DNA from: Spirochaetia bacterium
GTDB lineage: Bacteria > Spirochaetota > Spirochaetia > PWKH01
Reading direction: 5' to 3'
Assembly (NCBI GenBank): GCA_007116075.1
Contig: SKJE01000054.1
Span: 1 to 52,518, forward strand
Length of the DNA stretch: 52,518 nt
Every line of letters begins with the position of its first letter. The first letter of the stretch is position 1. Made by a program: the position numbers and the translations under genes. Shown here in pieces: positions 1 to 9,285 of the stretch. The notes beneath the pieces are model-generated. The model had not been told where the DNA came from. It saw only the letters and a program-made list of their open reading frames with translations, and did no database searches.

Positions 1-468
1 ACCATCGGCATTGATATCTCCGAAGAGCGTCTTGAACTGGCCCGATCCCTGGGACTTGCTGATCACCTGCTTCCGGCATCATCCCGGAATGTGGAGGAGA
101 TCCTCGAGCTCACGAACTCAATGGGATGTGAGCGGACCATCGACTGCTCAGGCAGCGACCAGGCGCGGCAGACCGCGATACGAGCAGCAAGGAAATGGGG
201 AAAAATCTGTTTCATCGGTGAGGGCGGCACCTGCAGCTTCAGCCCCAGCCCCGATATTATCCATGACCAGAAAACCATTTACGGAAGCTGGGTGACATCC
301 ATCTGGAAAATGGAAGAACTCACAGAACGGCTGGTACGATGGAATATTCACCCCGAAGATCTGGTAACCCACCGGTTTCCCCTTGAACAGGCTTCTGAGG
401 CTTATGCGCTTATGGCAAGCGGAAAATGCGGGAAAGTTGCCGTTGTATTTGATGAGGAACTGAAATGA
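1..468 (+). CDS. Zn-dependent medium-chain alcohol/polyol dehydrogenase family protein, C-terminal part (5' end outside the window)
   Basis: Frame 1 is open from base 1 to TGA at 466-468. The tail (IDCSGSDQARQTAIRAARKWGKICFIGEGG...HRFPLEQASEAYALMASGKCGKVAVVFD) reads like the nucleotide-binding/C-terminal end of MDR dehydrogenases. The stop overlaps the next start (ATGA). Confidence 0.75.
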   Translation, partial: TIGIDISEERLELARSLGLADHLLPASSRNVEEILELTNSMGCERTIDCSGSDQARQTAIRAARKWGKICFIGEGGTCSFSPSPDIIHDQKTIYGSWVTSIWKMEELTERLVRWNIHPEDLVTHRFPLEQASEAYALMASGKCGKVAVVFDEELK

Positions 469-1487
469 GTCATTTTACCATATCGCCTGAGGCTGTAGAT
501 CATACAACCATACCAAAGGGTAAACTCCGTAGCGGGGACACCATCCCGATGATCGGGTTCGGCACCTTCGGCTCTGACCATGCCCGGCCCCGGGAGGTCG
601 CAGAGGCGGTCCTCACCGCTCTCTCGGTCGGGTATCGCCATCTGGACTGTGCCTCGGTATACCGGAATGAGGTAACCATCGGAGAAATCCTTACCGAGGT
701 GCTGGCTTCAGGATTAATCAAGCGGGAGGAACTCTGGATCACCTCAAAGGTATGGAACGACAAGCACGGCCCCGGTCAGGTAATCGCATCCTGTGAGCAG
801 TCACTGAAGGATCTGCAGCTTGATTACCTGGATTTATACCTTGTGCACTGGCCCTTCCGGAACTACCACCCCCCGGGATGTGACAAAAGTTCCCGCAGCC
901 CCGATGCTCATCCCTATCGACACGAAGAGTATATGGAGACCTGGGAGCAGCTGGAACAGCTGAAGCAGAGAGGTCTGGTGCGCAACATCGGTACATCAAA
1001 CATGACCATCAGGAAGATGGAGCTTCTCCTGAAGGATGCATCCCACAAACCTGACTGCTGCGAGCTGGAACTGCATCCCCATTTCCAGCAGCCCGAGCTG
1101 TTCTCCTATCTTCAGGAGCATCAGATACAGCCGGTCGGGTTCTCCCCCCTGGGATCTCCCAACCGTCCCGAGCGGGACAGGGACCCGGGAGACACCAATC
1201 CCCTGGAGGATCCCGTAATCCTTGCCATAGCGGCGGAGCACCAGATCCATCCTGCCCTGGTATGCCTCAAGTGGGCTGTCCAGCGGGGACAAATCCCTAT
1301 TCCCTTTTCGCTGAACCCTAGGAATATCAGGTCAAATTTGCTGGCGGTGACAGAAGATCCCCTCAGCCAGTCTGAGCTTGACATGATCACAGGGATCGAT
1401 CGAAACTGCCGGCTTATCAAGGGCTATGTATTCCTCTGGGAGACAGCCCAAGGCTGGCAGGAACTCTGGGATGAGCCTGTAATGTAA
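465..1487 (+). CDS. aldo/keto reductase family oxidoreductase
   Basis: 340-aa ORF with AKR-like blocks (IPMIGFGTFG, GYRHLDCASVYRNE, LWITSKVWN, LDYLDLYLVHWP, IGTSNM). ATGA overlap with the upstream gene. A hairpin follows. Confidence 0.85.
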   Translation: MSHFTISPEAVDHTTIPKGKLRSGDTIPMIGFGTFGSDHARPREVAEAVLTALSVGYRHLDCASVYRNEVTIGEILTEVLASGLIKREELWITSKVWNDKHGPGQVIASCEQSLKDLQLDYLDLYLVHWPFRNYHPPGCDKSSRSPDAHPYRHEEYMETWEQLEQLKQRGLVRNIGTSNMTIRKMELLLKDASHKPDCCELELHPHFQQPELFSYLQEHQIQPVGFSPLGSPNRPERDRDPGDTNPLEDPVILAIAAEHQIHPALVCLKWAVQRGQIPIPFSLNPRNIRSNLLAVTEDPLSQSELDMITGIDRNCRLIKGYVFLWETAQGWQELWDEPVM

Positions 1488-1504
1488 ATACCTGAACTAT
1501 GCAG

Positions 1505-1533
1505 ACCCATATCCTCCTGATGAGGATATGGGT
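1505..1533 (+). terminator. putative intrinsic terminator after the ADH/AKR pair
   Basis: Perfect 12-bp stem ACCCATATCCTC / GAGGATATGGGT with a 5-nt loop, 18 nt after the AKR stop. The U-tail is weak (TATGTTC). Confidence 0.5.
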
Positions 1534-1581
1534 TATGTTCAATAAAACAATCCAGCCGCTTTTTTCATACCCGGAGCTATC

Positions 1582-1609
1582 TTCACATCACCCCAATCTG
1601 TGATACAAT
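1582..1609 (+). promoter_or_regulatory. candidate sigma70-type promoter for the acyl-CoA ligase gene
   Basis: TTCACA (1582-1587), 16 nt, then TGaTACAAT (extended -10, TACAAT at 1604-1609), about 95 nt upstream of the ATG at 1702. Confidence 0.4.
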
Positions 1610-1701
1610 GCTCTAGATTATTTAGATATTAACATCAAACCAACCACTTTGGATGAGATAAAGCAGGATACACTGCTGCACAATATGAAAAGGGGTAATC
1701 A

Positions 1702-3633
1702 ATGAGAACAGTACTGAGAATGCTTCATGAAGCTTCAGAGAAATACCCGGAACGGGCGTATACAACAAAAAAAGGCGATGATGGATGGATCAACTGGACC
1801 TTCCCCAGAACCGATGCTGAATCAGATACCATTGCAGCTGCGCTGCTGGACATCGGTATCGGACATGGTTCAACGGTTTCCATCCTTTCTGAGGGAAGAC
1901 CGGAATGGGTGATCGGTGAATACGGTGTGCTTAAGGCAGCCGCACTATCCGTACCCCTGTCCATCAAGCTCTCCCCGGAGGAGATTGCCTTTCGGATAGA
2001 CCACTCGGAAAGTAAAGCATTTTTTGCTTCATCCAATACGATAGCTAAAGTTGCCGAAGCGTGGAACCATATGGAGCACAAACCGGTCATGCTCTACCTG
2101 GATGAAGACGATTCCCGAATGGAGCAGACAATCTCTGAACTGAAACTGGTCAGGGGAAAGACCCTCTACACCTGGAAGGATCTCATAGACAGAGGGACTG
2201 AGAAACTGGCTAAAGAACCAACTCTCATCAGTGATCTGGAACCGACCATAGACGAACAGGATGTGGTGAATATCTGCTACACATCGGGCACCACAGGGTA
2301 TCCCAAGGGAATCATGCTCACCCACCTCAACTACTGGACCAATGCCCAGGATGCAGTGACTTTGTGCAATATTCCCGATGGAGAGTTTGAGACGCTGATC
2401 ATGCTCCCCCTCGATCACTCCTTCGCCCATACTGTAGGGCTCTATGCGTCACTGCTGCGGGGCATAACCATGCACTTTGTTGACGCCCGGGGCAGTAACA
2501 GTGCCATTATCAGGAACATCCCGAAAAACCTGACAGAGACAAACCCATCATACCTGATGACTGTTCCCGCCCTGTCCGGGAATTTTATGAAGAAGATCAT
2601 CAGCGGAGTAGCCCAGAAGGGAGCATTCATTAACGGCATATTCCAGTCAGGCATACGGGCAGGGATCAGGCTCAACGGAGACGGCTTCAATCCTGTGCCC
2701 CTCGGAACACGTCTGAAAAGCTATTTCCCCTACTGGCTTGCATCAGTCCTTGTATTTCCAAAGATCAGGAAGATTTTCGGGGATCGCATTCAGTTCTGTA
2801 TTGGCGGGGGAGCTCTTTTGGAGATCAAGCAGCAGCAGTTTTTCGCAGCCCTGGGAGTACCTATCTACCAGGGATACGGCTTGACCGAAGCAGCACCGAT
2901 CATCTGCAGTAACTCTGCAGATACACATAAATTCGGCACTTCTGGTATGGTTGCACCATCTATTACCTGCAAAATCATGAAAAGTGAATCTGAGGAGGCT
3001 GTCATCGGCGAACGCGGTGAGATCGTCATCAAGGGCGGCAACGTCATGAAGGGCTATTTCAAGAATCCCGAGGCTTCCAGGGAGGCTCTTCGTGACGGCT
3101 GGCTGTGGACCGGTGATTTGGGGTATATCGATCAGGACGGGTTTCTGGTGGTAACCGGGAGGGCTAAGGCGCTGCTCATCGCTCCGGATGGAGAGAAGTA
3201 CTCCCCCGAGGAGGTCGAGGAAGCGGTAATAAACAACTCCCGGTTCATCAACCAGATCATGGTCTATAACGACCACAAAGTATTCACCTCCGCGCTGATC
3301 ACCCTGCAGACAGAACATCTCAAGCAGGCCATCACTGAAGGGGATATGAAGACCGCCCGCCAGGTCCTGGAACTTGTTGAGAAGGACCTGCTGTCCTTCA
3401 AGGAGCGGGAACCCGGCAGAATTCCCCTGCAGTGGGTACCTGCAGCATTCGAAATCATTCCGAAGGATTTTTCCGAAGAGGATAAGCTTATCAACTCAAC
3501 CATGAAGCTGGTGCGTCACAAAGTTACCGATCTCTACCAGGAGAGAATCAACAGCATGTATGAGGATAAGAACACCCTCAATGAGCGCAACCTTAAGGCC
3601 ATTGAGGAGCTTTTTTCACTCCCCACGGAATAG
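1702..3633 (+). CDS. AMP-dependent synthetase / long-chain-fatty-acid--CoA ligase
   Basis: 643-aa ORF with the AMP-binding signature YTSGTTGYPKGIMLTH, plus GYGLTE and WLWTGDLGYIDQDGFLVVTGRAK blocks. RBS AAAGGGG lies before the ATG. Confidence 0.85.
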   Translation: MRTVLRMLHEASEKYPERAYTTKKGDDGWINWTFPRTDAESDTIAAALLDIGIGHGSTVSILSEGRPEWVIGEYGVLKAAALSVPLSIKLSPEEIAFRIDHSESKAFFASSNTIAKVAEAWNHMEHKPVMLYLDEDDSRMEQTISELKLVRGKTLYTWKDLIDRGTEKLAKEPTLISDLEPTIDEQDVVNICYTSGTTGYPKGIMLTHLNYWTNAQDAVTLCNIPDGEFETLIMLPLDHSFAHTVGLYASLLRGITMHFVDARGSNSAIIRNIPKNLTETNPSYLMTVPALSGNFMKKIISGVAQKGAFINGIFQSGIRAGIRLNGDGFNPVPLGTRLKSYFPYWLASVLVFPKIRKIFGDRIQFCIGGGALLEIKQQQFFAALGVPIYQGYGLTEAAPIICSNSADTHKFGTSGMVAPSITCKIMKSESEEAVIGERGEIVIKGGNVMKGYFKNPEASREALRDGWLWTGDLGYIDQDGFLVVTGRAKALLIAPDGEKYSPEEVEEAVINNSRFINQIMVYNDHKVFTSALITLQTEHLKQAITEGDMKTARQVLELVEKDLLSFKEREPGRIPLQWVPAAFEIIPKDFSEEDKLINSTMKLVRHKVTDLYQERINSMYEDKNTLNERNLKAIEELFSLPTE

Positions 3634-3647
3634 AAGCGTAACAAGCT

Positions 3648-3681
3648 GAGGCCGTAATCCAAAAAAAAAGATTACGGCCTC
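3648..3681. terminator. hairpin between convergent genes (possible bidirectional terminator)
   Basis: Perfect 12-bp stem GAGGCCGTAATC / GATTACGGCCTC around a CAAAAAAAAA loop, between the stop at 3633 (+) and the stop at 3696 (-). There are no flanking U-tracts, so function is uncertain. Confidence 0.45.
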
Positions 3682-3695
3682 AATCACCACTGTTT

Positions 3696-4643
3696 TTACA
3701 GTTTCGGGTGAAGCTGCTCTTCAAGCCAACTGACTATCTGACGTTCCACGCCTTCCAGTCTCCTCTCGAAGGATTCCTGGGTCCGATATCCGATATGGGG
3801 TGTAACGATAACCTGATCAAATTCAAGAAGCCGGTGATCCTTCTCCATGTTCGTCTTTTCCTTGGTATCAATCCCGGCTCCTGCAATGCATCCTTCCTTC
3901 AGAGCCCTGATGAGCCCCTCCATCTCAATGACAGATCCACGACCCACATTTATGACAAAGGCAGAGGGCTTCATTGTCGAAAGCAGTTCATAGGTGACCA
4001 TCCCTTCAGTCTCTTCTGTCAGGGGGCAATGGATGGAGAGTATGTCAGACTCCCGAAAGAGCTGCTCCAGCTTCACATAGGTCACCCCCGCCTGGTACGC
4101 CTCCCCACTGGGAGTGAGATCATAGGCGATCACCCTGCAGCCGAAGGTATTGACAATCCTTGCTACGGTCACCCCCACGTCTCCAAGACCGATAATACCG
4201 ATTGTCCTGCCGTGAAGTTCCTGACCCAGATAGGGCAGATCATGGAGGCCGGTCCTCATGGCATTATTAGCAATAATCATGGAACGTAGCAGGCTGATCA
4301 TCATGGCTACAGCCAGCTCAGCCACCGCAAAGGCTGAGTACCCTCTAATCTGGGCAACCCTGATACCCCGGTTACTGCAGGTCTCAAGATCAACATGATC
4401 CTGACTTGAAAAGGCTACCACCAGCAGTTTCAGATGTTTTGTCTTCTCTATGACTGCCTGAGTTACCGGGAGGTCAGTGATCACTACCACGTCAGCCTCC
4501 CTTATTCTCAGTGCTGTCTCCTTCTGCGTACCCGGTCGATCAGTATAATAGATGAATTGATGTCCCAGCTGTTCAAACCGCTTTTTGAGCCCCTCCACCA
4601 TATCATAAGAGACAGACAGGGGCTCTGCACATACTATGTTCAT
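3696..4643 (-). CDS. D-isomer-specific 2-hydroxyacid dehydrogenase (glycerate/phosphoglycerate dehydrogenase-like)
   Basis: NAD-binding motif GIIGLGDVGVTVAR and a C-terminal TPHIGYRT block. I chose the start at ATG 4643 (MNIVCAEP...) because GGAGGTG lies 5 nt upstream. The track ORF extends to 4712 without an RBS. Confidence 0.85.
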   Translation of the reverse strand: MNIVCAEPLSVSYDMVEGLKKRFEQLGHQFIYYTDRPGTQKETALRIREADVVVITDLPVTQAVIEKTKHLKLLVVAFSSQDHVDLETCSNRGIRVAQIRGYSAFAVAELAVAMMISLLRSMIIANNAMRTGLHDLPYLGQELHGRTIGIIGLGDVGVTVARIVNTFGCRVIAYDLTPSGEAYQAGVTYVKLEQLFRESDILSIHCPLTEETEGMVTYELLSTMKPSAFVINVGRGSVIEMEGLIRALKEGCIAGAGIDTKEKTNMEKDHRLLEFDQVIVTPHIGYRTQESFERRLEGVERQIVSWLEEQLHPKL

Positions 4644-4749
4644 ATACTCACCTCCAGCATATGGATTCATAAAAAGACCCCTCATTCTACCCCCATCCGG
4701 AGGTGAGAACAAGGGGTATGCATTCCCCCAAAATGATTCAAAGGGTGAA

Positions 4750-6066
4750 TCAGCGGACTGCCTGTACCAGTGCGGCCAGTGCTTTCCGGTAGTCCGCTTC
4801 GGCCACAGATACCAGCAAGCTTAAGGGAGAATTACCGGCGGTTATGGATACTGTTTCAATACCCGATTTCCTCAGTGCAGCAGGCACCTGTTCAAAAAGT
4901 CCCGCCGTGACAGGAATCCCTTCACCAACCACACCAATCAGTGCCAGGGGGCCTGTGATTTCGCAGGCATCTGCTTCCAGCTCCTGCTCAATACGCTTAG
5001 CAGTTACCGAGCTGTCCCAATCGGCCTGTTTTGCATCTACATACAGGGCAATGGAGTCAAATCCACTCAATGTCACATCAGAGCGCAGTCCCATGTCGCT
5101 GAAAAGTTCGCGTACTTGTGCAGGGAATTCAGGATACCTGCTGAGCATGAACTTCTCAATAATGACCCGGTAGTAGGGCATCTTACCGGAAACCCCGACA
5201 ATCGGCTGGGATGAAACATCGCGGTCGGAGGATATCTTCGTCCCGGGGGCTAGAGGATCATTGGTATTCTTGATCTGGATCGGAATACCCGCCTTGCGTA
5301 CCGGAGCAATAGCCTCCTCATGGAATACGTTGGCACCGATCGATGCGAGTTCCCTGATCTCCCGATAGGTGATATTTCTCACCACCTGGGCATCTTCAAC
5401 AATCCTCGGATCCGCCGTGAGCAGTCCCGACACATCGGTCCAGTTCTCATAGAGATCCGCACCAACTGAGCGGGCCGCAATTGCTCCCGAGATATCCGAA
5501 CCTCCCCGGGTAAAGGTCTTCACCTTCCCTGAAGGATCAGATCCGTAAAACCCGCTCAGTACATAGATCGCATGGGGATCATTGAACCGTGCTGCGCAGC
5601 GTTCATAGGATGATTCATCTACCTGGCCGTCATCTGTGAGGCCTATCACTTCACTGGCATCAATAAACTGCGCACCCAATAACTCTGCGATCATCAGTCC
5701 GTTAAGGTACTCTCCCCGGCTGGCTGCAAAATCTGGGGTCTTTTCCCGGGGAATCTGCTCATAGATCCAGTCAAGTTCATCCTTCACCTGGCTGCCCGCC
5801 TGCAGCGATTGTGCTATGTCGAGAAAACGCTTGCGAATAATTCCGAAGGGCTTGTCGATCGACTCCCCCCTTTCAACGAGACGATGGCACTGATAGAGCA
5901 GATCCGTGATCTTCTCGTCCTCCTTGTGCTCCTTTCCGGGGGCTGAAACCACCACAATGCGGCGGCGCTCATCAGAAGCGATAATATCCTTCACCTTCTG
6001 TATCTGTTTCGCGTTCGCCAGGGACGTACCCCCGAACTTGCTGACCCATAATTCCTTAGCTGCCAT
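4750..6066 (-). CDS. lysC: aspartate kinase (monofunctional)
   Basis: 438-aa ORF with the N-terminal kinase motif VSKFGGTSL, GGSDISGAIAA, and C-terminal ACT-like regions. RBS GAAGGAG. Confidence 0.9.
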   Translation of the reverse strand: MAAKELWVSKFGGTSLANAKQIQKVKDIIASDERRRIVVVSAPGKEHKEDEKITDLLYQCHRLVERGESIDKPFGIIRKRFLDIAQSLQAGSQVKDELDWIYEQIPREKTPDFAASRGEYLNGLMIAELLGAQFIDASEVIGLTDDGQVDESSYERCAARFNDPHAIYVLSGFYGSDPSGKVKTFTRGGSDISGAIAARSVGADLYENWTDVSGLLTADPRIVEDAQVVRNITYREIRELASIGANVFHEEAIAPVRKAGIPIQIKNTNDPLAPGTKISSDRDVSSQPIVGVSGKMPYYRVIIEKFMLSRYPEFPAQVRELFSDMGLRSDVTLSGFDSIALYVDAKQADWDSSVTAKRIEQELEADACEITGPLALIGVVGEGIPVTAGLFEQVPAALRKSGIETVSITAGNSPLSLLVSVAEADYRKALAALVQAVR

Positions 6067-6100
6067 GGAACATCTCCTTCATCACACGTGTGAGTTGCTG

Positions 6101-7270
6101 TTATCGTACGAATAATGCTTCCGGAAACTCAATGATCTTCTCACATCCGCTGTCAGTGACCAGGAAGGGTTCACTGCATTCAAAGCCGTAGGTATCAAGC
6201 CAGATACCCGGCATGAAGTGGATGGTCATACCCGGTTTCAGGATTGTCTTGTCTCCCGGCCTGAGGCTGACGGTATGCTCACCCCAGTCAGGGACAAAAC
6301 TGAGACCAAAAGAGTACCCCACCCGGGAAGGTTTATCAATACCGGTACCGACAAGACAGGAACGCCACACAGCCTCAACTTCTTCAGCACTCATCCCCGG
6401 TCCGATTTCGGACAAGGTCTTCTGCAGTCCCTTCACGACTACATCAGCTACGTGCTGAAGATCCTGAGGCGGATCCCCGATAAACACAGTACGTGAGAGC
6501 GGGGCATGGTAGTGATGACGGGCAGAACCGAGTTCAAGAAGCACCACATCTCCCCGCTGGTACGCCCGCTGGGTATCAAAGGTCAGGTGAGCCGAGGAGG
6601 TACGTTCAGCACTGGGCATAATGGGAAAAATTGCCGGGCTGTCTCCGCCGAAGGATGGGGTTCCACGAATCTGCTGGGCTGATACCACAGCAGCCGCTTC
6701 CCGTTCCGCAACTCCCTCACGAATCGTGTCCAAGGCCAGGGACATTGCAGATGAGGTAATTTCGCCTGCTTCACGGATATACTGAATTTCCTGGTCCGTC
6801 TTAATCGTCTTCACCCATCCGACAAGATTATCTGCATCGACTATTGAGAGATAGGTCAGTTCCTTCATTAAGGTGTTATACATCTTGGGAGTGACCCAGT
6901 ATCCGTCCATCTCCATGGCAAGCACATGTCCCTTCCCCCGGATAAGACCTGCGACAAACTCCATAGTATGGATATACCGGGACTGCACATACTCATCTTT
7001 ATACCCGAATATATGGTCATCGGGCAGCCAGGTGGTCAGCCGGGCAGCATTGGAATCCTGCTGGCGACCGAACCAGAGGGGAACCGGATCCGTCAGAGAA
7101 ACGATCAGTCCCTGATGTACATAGAAACTCCAGCCGTCAAACCCTGTGAGATAATTCATATGGCTCGGGTCCATGACCAGCAGCAGCTGTATACCCCGAT
7201 GATCCATTGACTCCTGGACCAGACGGATTCTCCGCTGGTACTCCGCAGCGGGAAATGCAAGTTTGTTCAT
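6101..7270 (-). CDS. M24 (creatinase/prolidase-fold) hydrolase, ectoine-hydrolase (DoeA/EutD)-like, paralog 2
   Basis: Creatinase-type N-domain plus pita-bread C-domain. About 45% identical by eye to the ORF at 9286-10464 (shared NYLTG(F/Y)DGWSFYVHQ, HYHAP, PDWGEHT, RPGDKTIL). ATG at 7270 is preceded by AGGTGG. The track start at 7279 is GTG. Confidence 0.7.
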   Translation of the reverse strand: MNKLAFPAAEYQRRIRLVQESMDHRGIQLLLVMDPSHMNYLTGFDGWSFYVHQGLIVSLTDPVPLWFGRQQDSNAARLTTWLPDDHIFGYKDEYVQSRYIHTMEFVAGLIRGKGHVLAMEMDGYWVTPKMYNTLMKELTYLSIVDADNLVGWVKTIKTDQEIQYIREAGEITSSAMSLALDTIREGVAEREAAAVVSAQQIRGTPSFGGDSPAIFPIMPSAERTSSAHLTFDTQRAYQRGDVVLLELGSARHHYHAPLSRTVFIGDPPQDLQHVADVVVKGLQKTLSEIGPGMSAEEVEAVWRSCLVGTGIDKPSRVGYSFGLSFVPDWGEHTVSLRPGDKTILKPGMTIHFMPGIWLDTYGFECSEPFLVTDSGCEKIIEFPEALFVR

Positions 7271-7285
7271 GCTGTCCACCTGCCT

Positions 7286-8287
7286 CTACCGTTGAACCCG
7301 TATTCCTGCGTTCTTCTTCCGGGCAATATCATAGGCCATCAGTGCAATCATCGTATCCTGGACACCGACTCCGGTCAGGTCGCAGATGGTCACCTGGTCA
7401 TCATCTATCCGTCCCGACTGCCTGCCGTGAATGATCGCACCGAGTTCCTGAACAGGAGTCTCATCGGTAACAATATCTGCAGCTACGGCAGACCTCAGCT
7501 CACCGAGCCGGAAACACTGGGATTTCAGGTCGCAGGCTATGATGTCTGCACCCCGGAACACTTCAGGCAGCAGTTCCTGTTTATCCTCGGAATCACTGCC
7601 CATACTGGTTATATGCATCCCCGGCCGCACCCACTCAGGTTTGAAATAACCCTTCCGCGCAGGAGTGGTGGTCACGATGATACCGCTGTGTGCAGCAACC
7701 TCTTCTCCGATCTCAGCAGAGACCACCTCCACCTTCAGCCCTTTGGTCATGTCATCGACAAAGGCCGCTTTACGTTCATCCGAATCGATGCTGTACATGT
7801 AGATTTTCTTAAAGGGCCGTACCAGGAAGAGCGCTTCCATCTGGTAGCGTGCCTGGACGCCGCAGCCGAAGACACCGACCGTATCGACATTCCTCGGCGC
7901 CAGATACTTGGCGGCAATCGCTCCAGCCGCTGCAGTACGCACCTGGGTAAGATAACCGTTGTCAAGCAGTACCGCCTGAAGGAACCCGGTTTCTGCACTA
8001 ATCACAAGCATCTGTCCGCTCTGGGAAGGCAGGCCTATCTCGTTATTGTGAAAGAACCCCGAAGCGATTTTTATCGCCATACCGGGCAGGCCCTTGATGA
8101 AGGCGCTCTTGATATCGACCTCACCATCCTTATCAGGCACAGGCAGCATCATGATAGGCGGAACCGTCGCCTGACCCGCCTCCAGGGCTGCAAAGCCCTG
8201 CTCCACCTGGGCAATGACCTGTTCATCCAGCTTCACATAGGAACGTAATTCCTTTTCTGACAGAATAATGACTGCATCATCTTTCAT
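7286..8287 (-). CDS. ornithine cyclodeaminase / mu-crystallin family protein (EutC-like)
   Basis: 333-aa ORF with Rossmann block VGVFGCGVQARYQ and typical OCD-family length. RBS AGGAGGAG. The start overlaps the upstream gene by 11 nt. Confidence 0.8.
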   Translation of the reverse strand: MKDDAVIILSEKELRSYVKLDEQVIAQVEQGFAALEAGQATVPPIMMLPVPDKDGEVDIKSAFIKGLPGMAIKIASGFFHNNEIGLPSQSGQMLVISAETGFLQAVLLDNGYLTQVRTAAAGAIAAKYLAPRNVDTVGVFGCGVQARYQMEALFLVRPFKKIYMYSIDSDERKAAFVDDMTKGLKVEVVSAEIGEEVAAHSGIIVTTTPARKGYFKPEWVRPGMHITSMGSDSEDKQELLPEVFRGADIIACDLKSQCFRLGELRSAVAADIVTDETPVQELGAIIHGRQSGRIDDDQVTICDLTGVGVQDTMIALMAYDIARKKNAGIRVQR

Positions 8288-9281
8288 CTGTTTGCTTCTC
8301 CTCCTGCATCATCACCGTAAGATATTGTGATCGGTCCACATTTCGACCGGTAAGGGGAAGGACAACCCGCCTGCCGGAGATCTCAATTTTTCCAGACAGG
8401 ATTGCCCCGATTCCAACGCAGGCCGCCCCTTCAGCGACCAGGCCGTGGTGCCGGAAGCAGAAATACATACCCCGGCTCACATCATCCTCATCCACGATGA
8501 TATGTTCATCAACATACCGTGAGATCAGTTCCATGGTATACCTGTTCTCCCTGCCGATTCCCCCTAAGAGAGAGTCCGCCAGGGTATCCTGCTCTCTGAG
8601 AACAACCGGCTTTCCCGCCTTCAGGCTCTCAATCATAACAGGAGAACGTTCAATGGAGACACCGATCACCCTGATGGAGCTCTTCAGCTCCTTGGCTGCC
8701 ATGGCAATTCCTGCCAGCAGTCCTCCTCCGGACAGGGGTACCAGCAGGGTATCTGCCTCTTTGTACTGCTGCAGGATCTCCAGGGCGATGGTCCCCTGCC
8801 CCGCAATAACTGCGGGATCATCAAAGGGAACCACCGGCGTGAGTTTCCGCTCTTCGGCAATACGGCAGTAGGCCTCTTCAGCCTCATCCTGGGATGATCC
8901 GACCACTACCGGTTCACCGCCGAGGCTCCGGATCGCCTCAATCCGGTACCGGGGGACCCGTTTGGATAAACACACCACAGCCGGAATCCCGCTCTCTGAT
9001 GCAGCCAGGGACACCGCCCGTCCATGGTTCCCCGTGGAAAAGGTGATCACCCCCCGTTTCTGTTCCTCCGGACTAAGGGAGCGAATCCGGTTTGTCGCCC
9101 CCCGGATTTTAAAGGATCCGGTGGGCTGAAGCAGCTCCAGCTTCAGGTGCACTTCGGTTCCTGCCCCGCCTTTCCGGGAAAGCTCCGGGGCATGAATAAG
9201 AGGCGTTTTCCGGGCCACTGCATAGATCCGCCTGGCAGCTTCATATACTGCGGCAATATCGGGGGTCATACGCTTTTCCAT
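8277..9281 (-). CDS. PLP-dependent threonine/serine dehydratase-fold enzyme (EutB-like)
   Basis: Fold-type II PLP motifs: SFKIRGATNR (PLP lysine), STGNHGRAVS, PLSGGGLLAGI. Sits directly upstream of the OCD-family gene, as in eutB-eutC. Confidence 0.8.
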   Translation of the reverse strand: MEKRMTPDIAAVYEAARRIYAVARKTPLIHAPELSRKGGAGTEVHLKLELLQPTGSFKIRGATNRIRSLSPEEQKRGVITFSTGNHGRAVSLAASESGIPAVVCLSKRVPRYRIEAIRSLGGEPVVVGSSQDEAEEAYCRIAEERKLTPVVPFDDPAVIAGQGTIALEILQQYKEADTLLVPLSGGGLLAGIAMAAKELKSSIRVIGVSIERSPVMIESLKAGKPVVLREQDTLADSLLGGIGRENRYTMELISRYVDEHIIVDEDDVSRGMYFCFRHHGLVAEGAACVGIGAILSGKIEISGRRVVLPLTGRNVDRSQYLTVMMQEEKQTDER

Positions 9282-9285
9282 CGTC

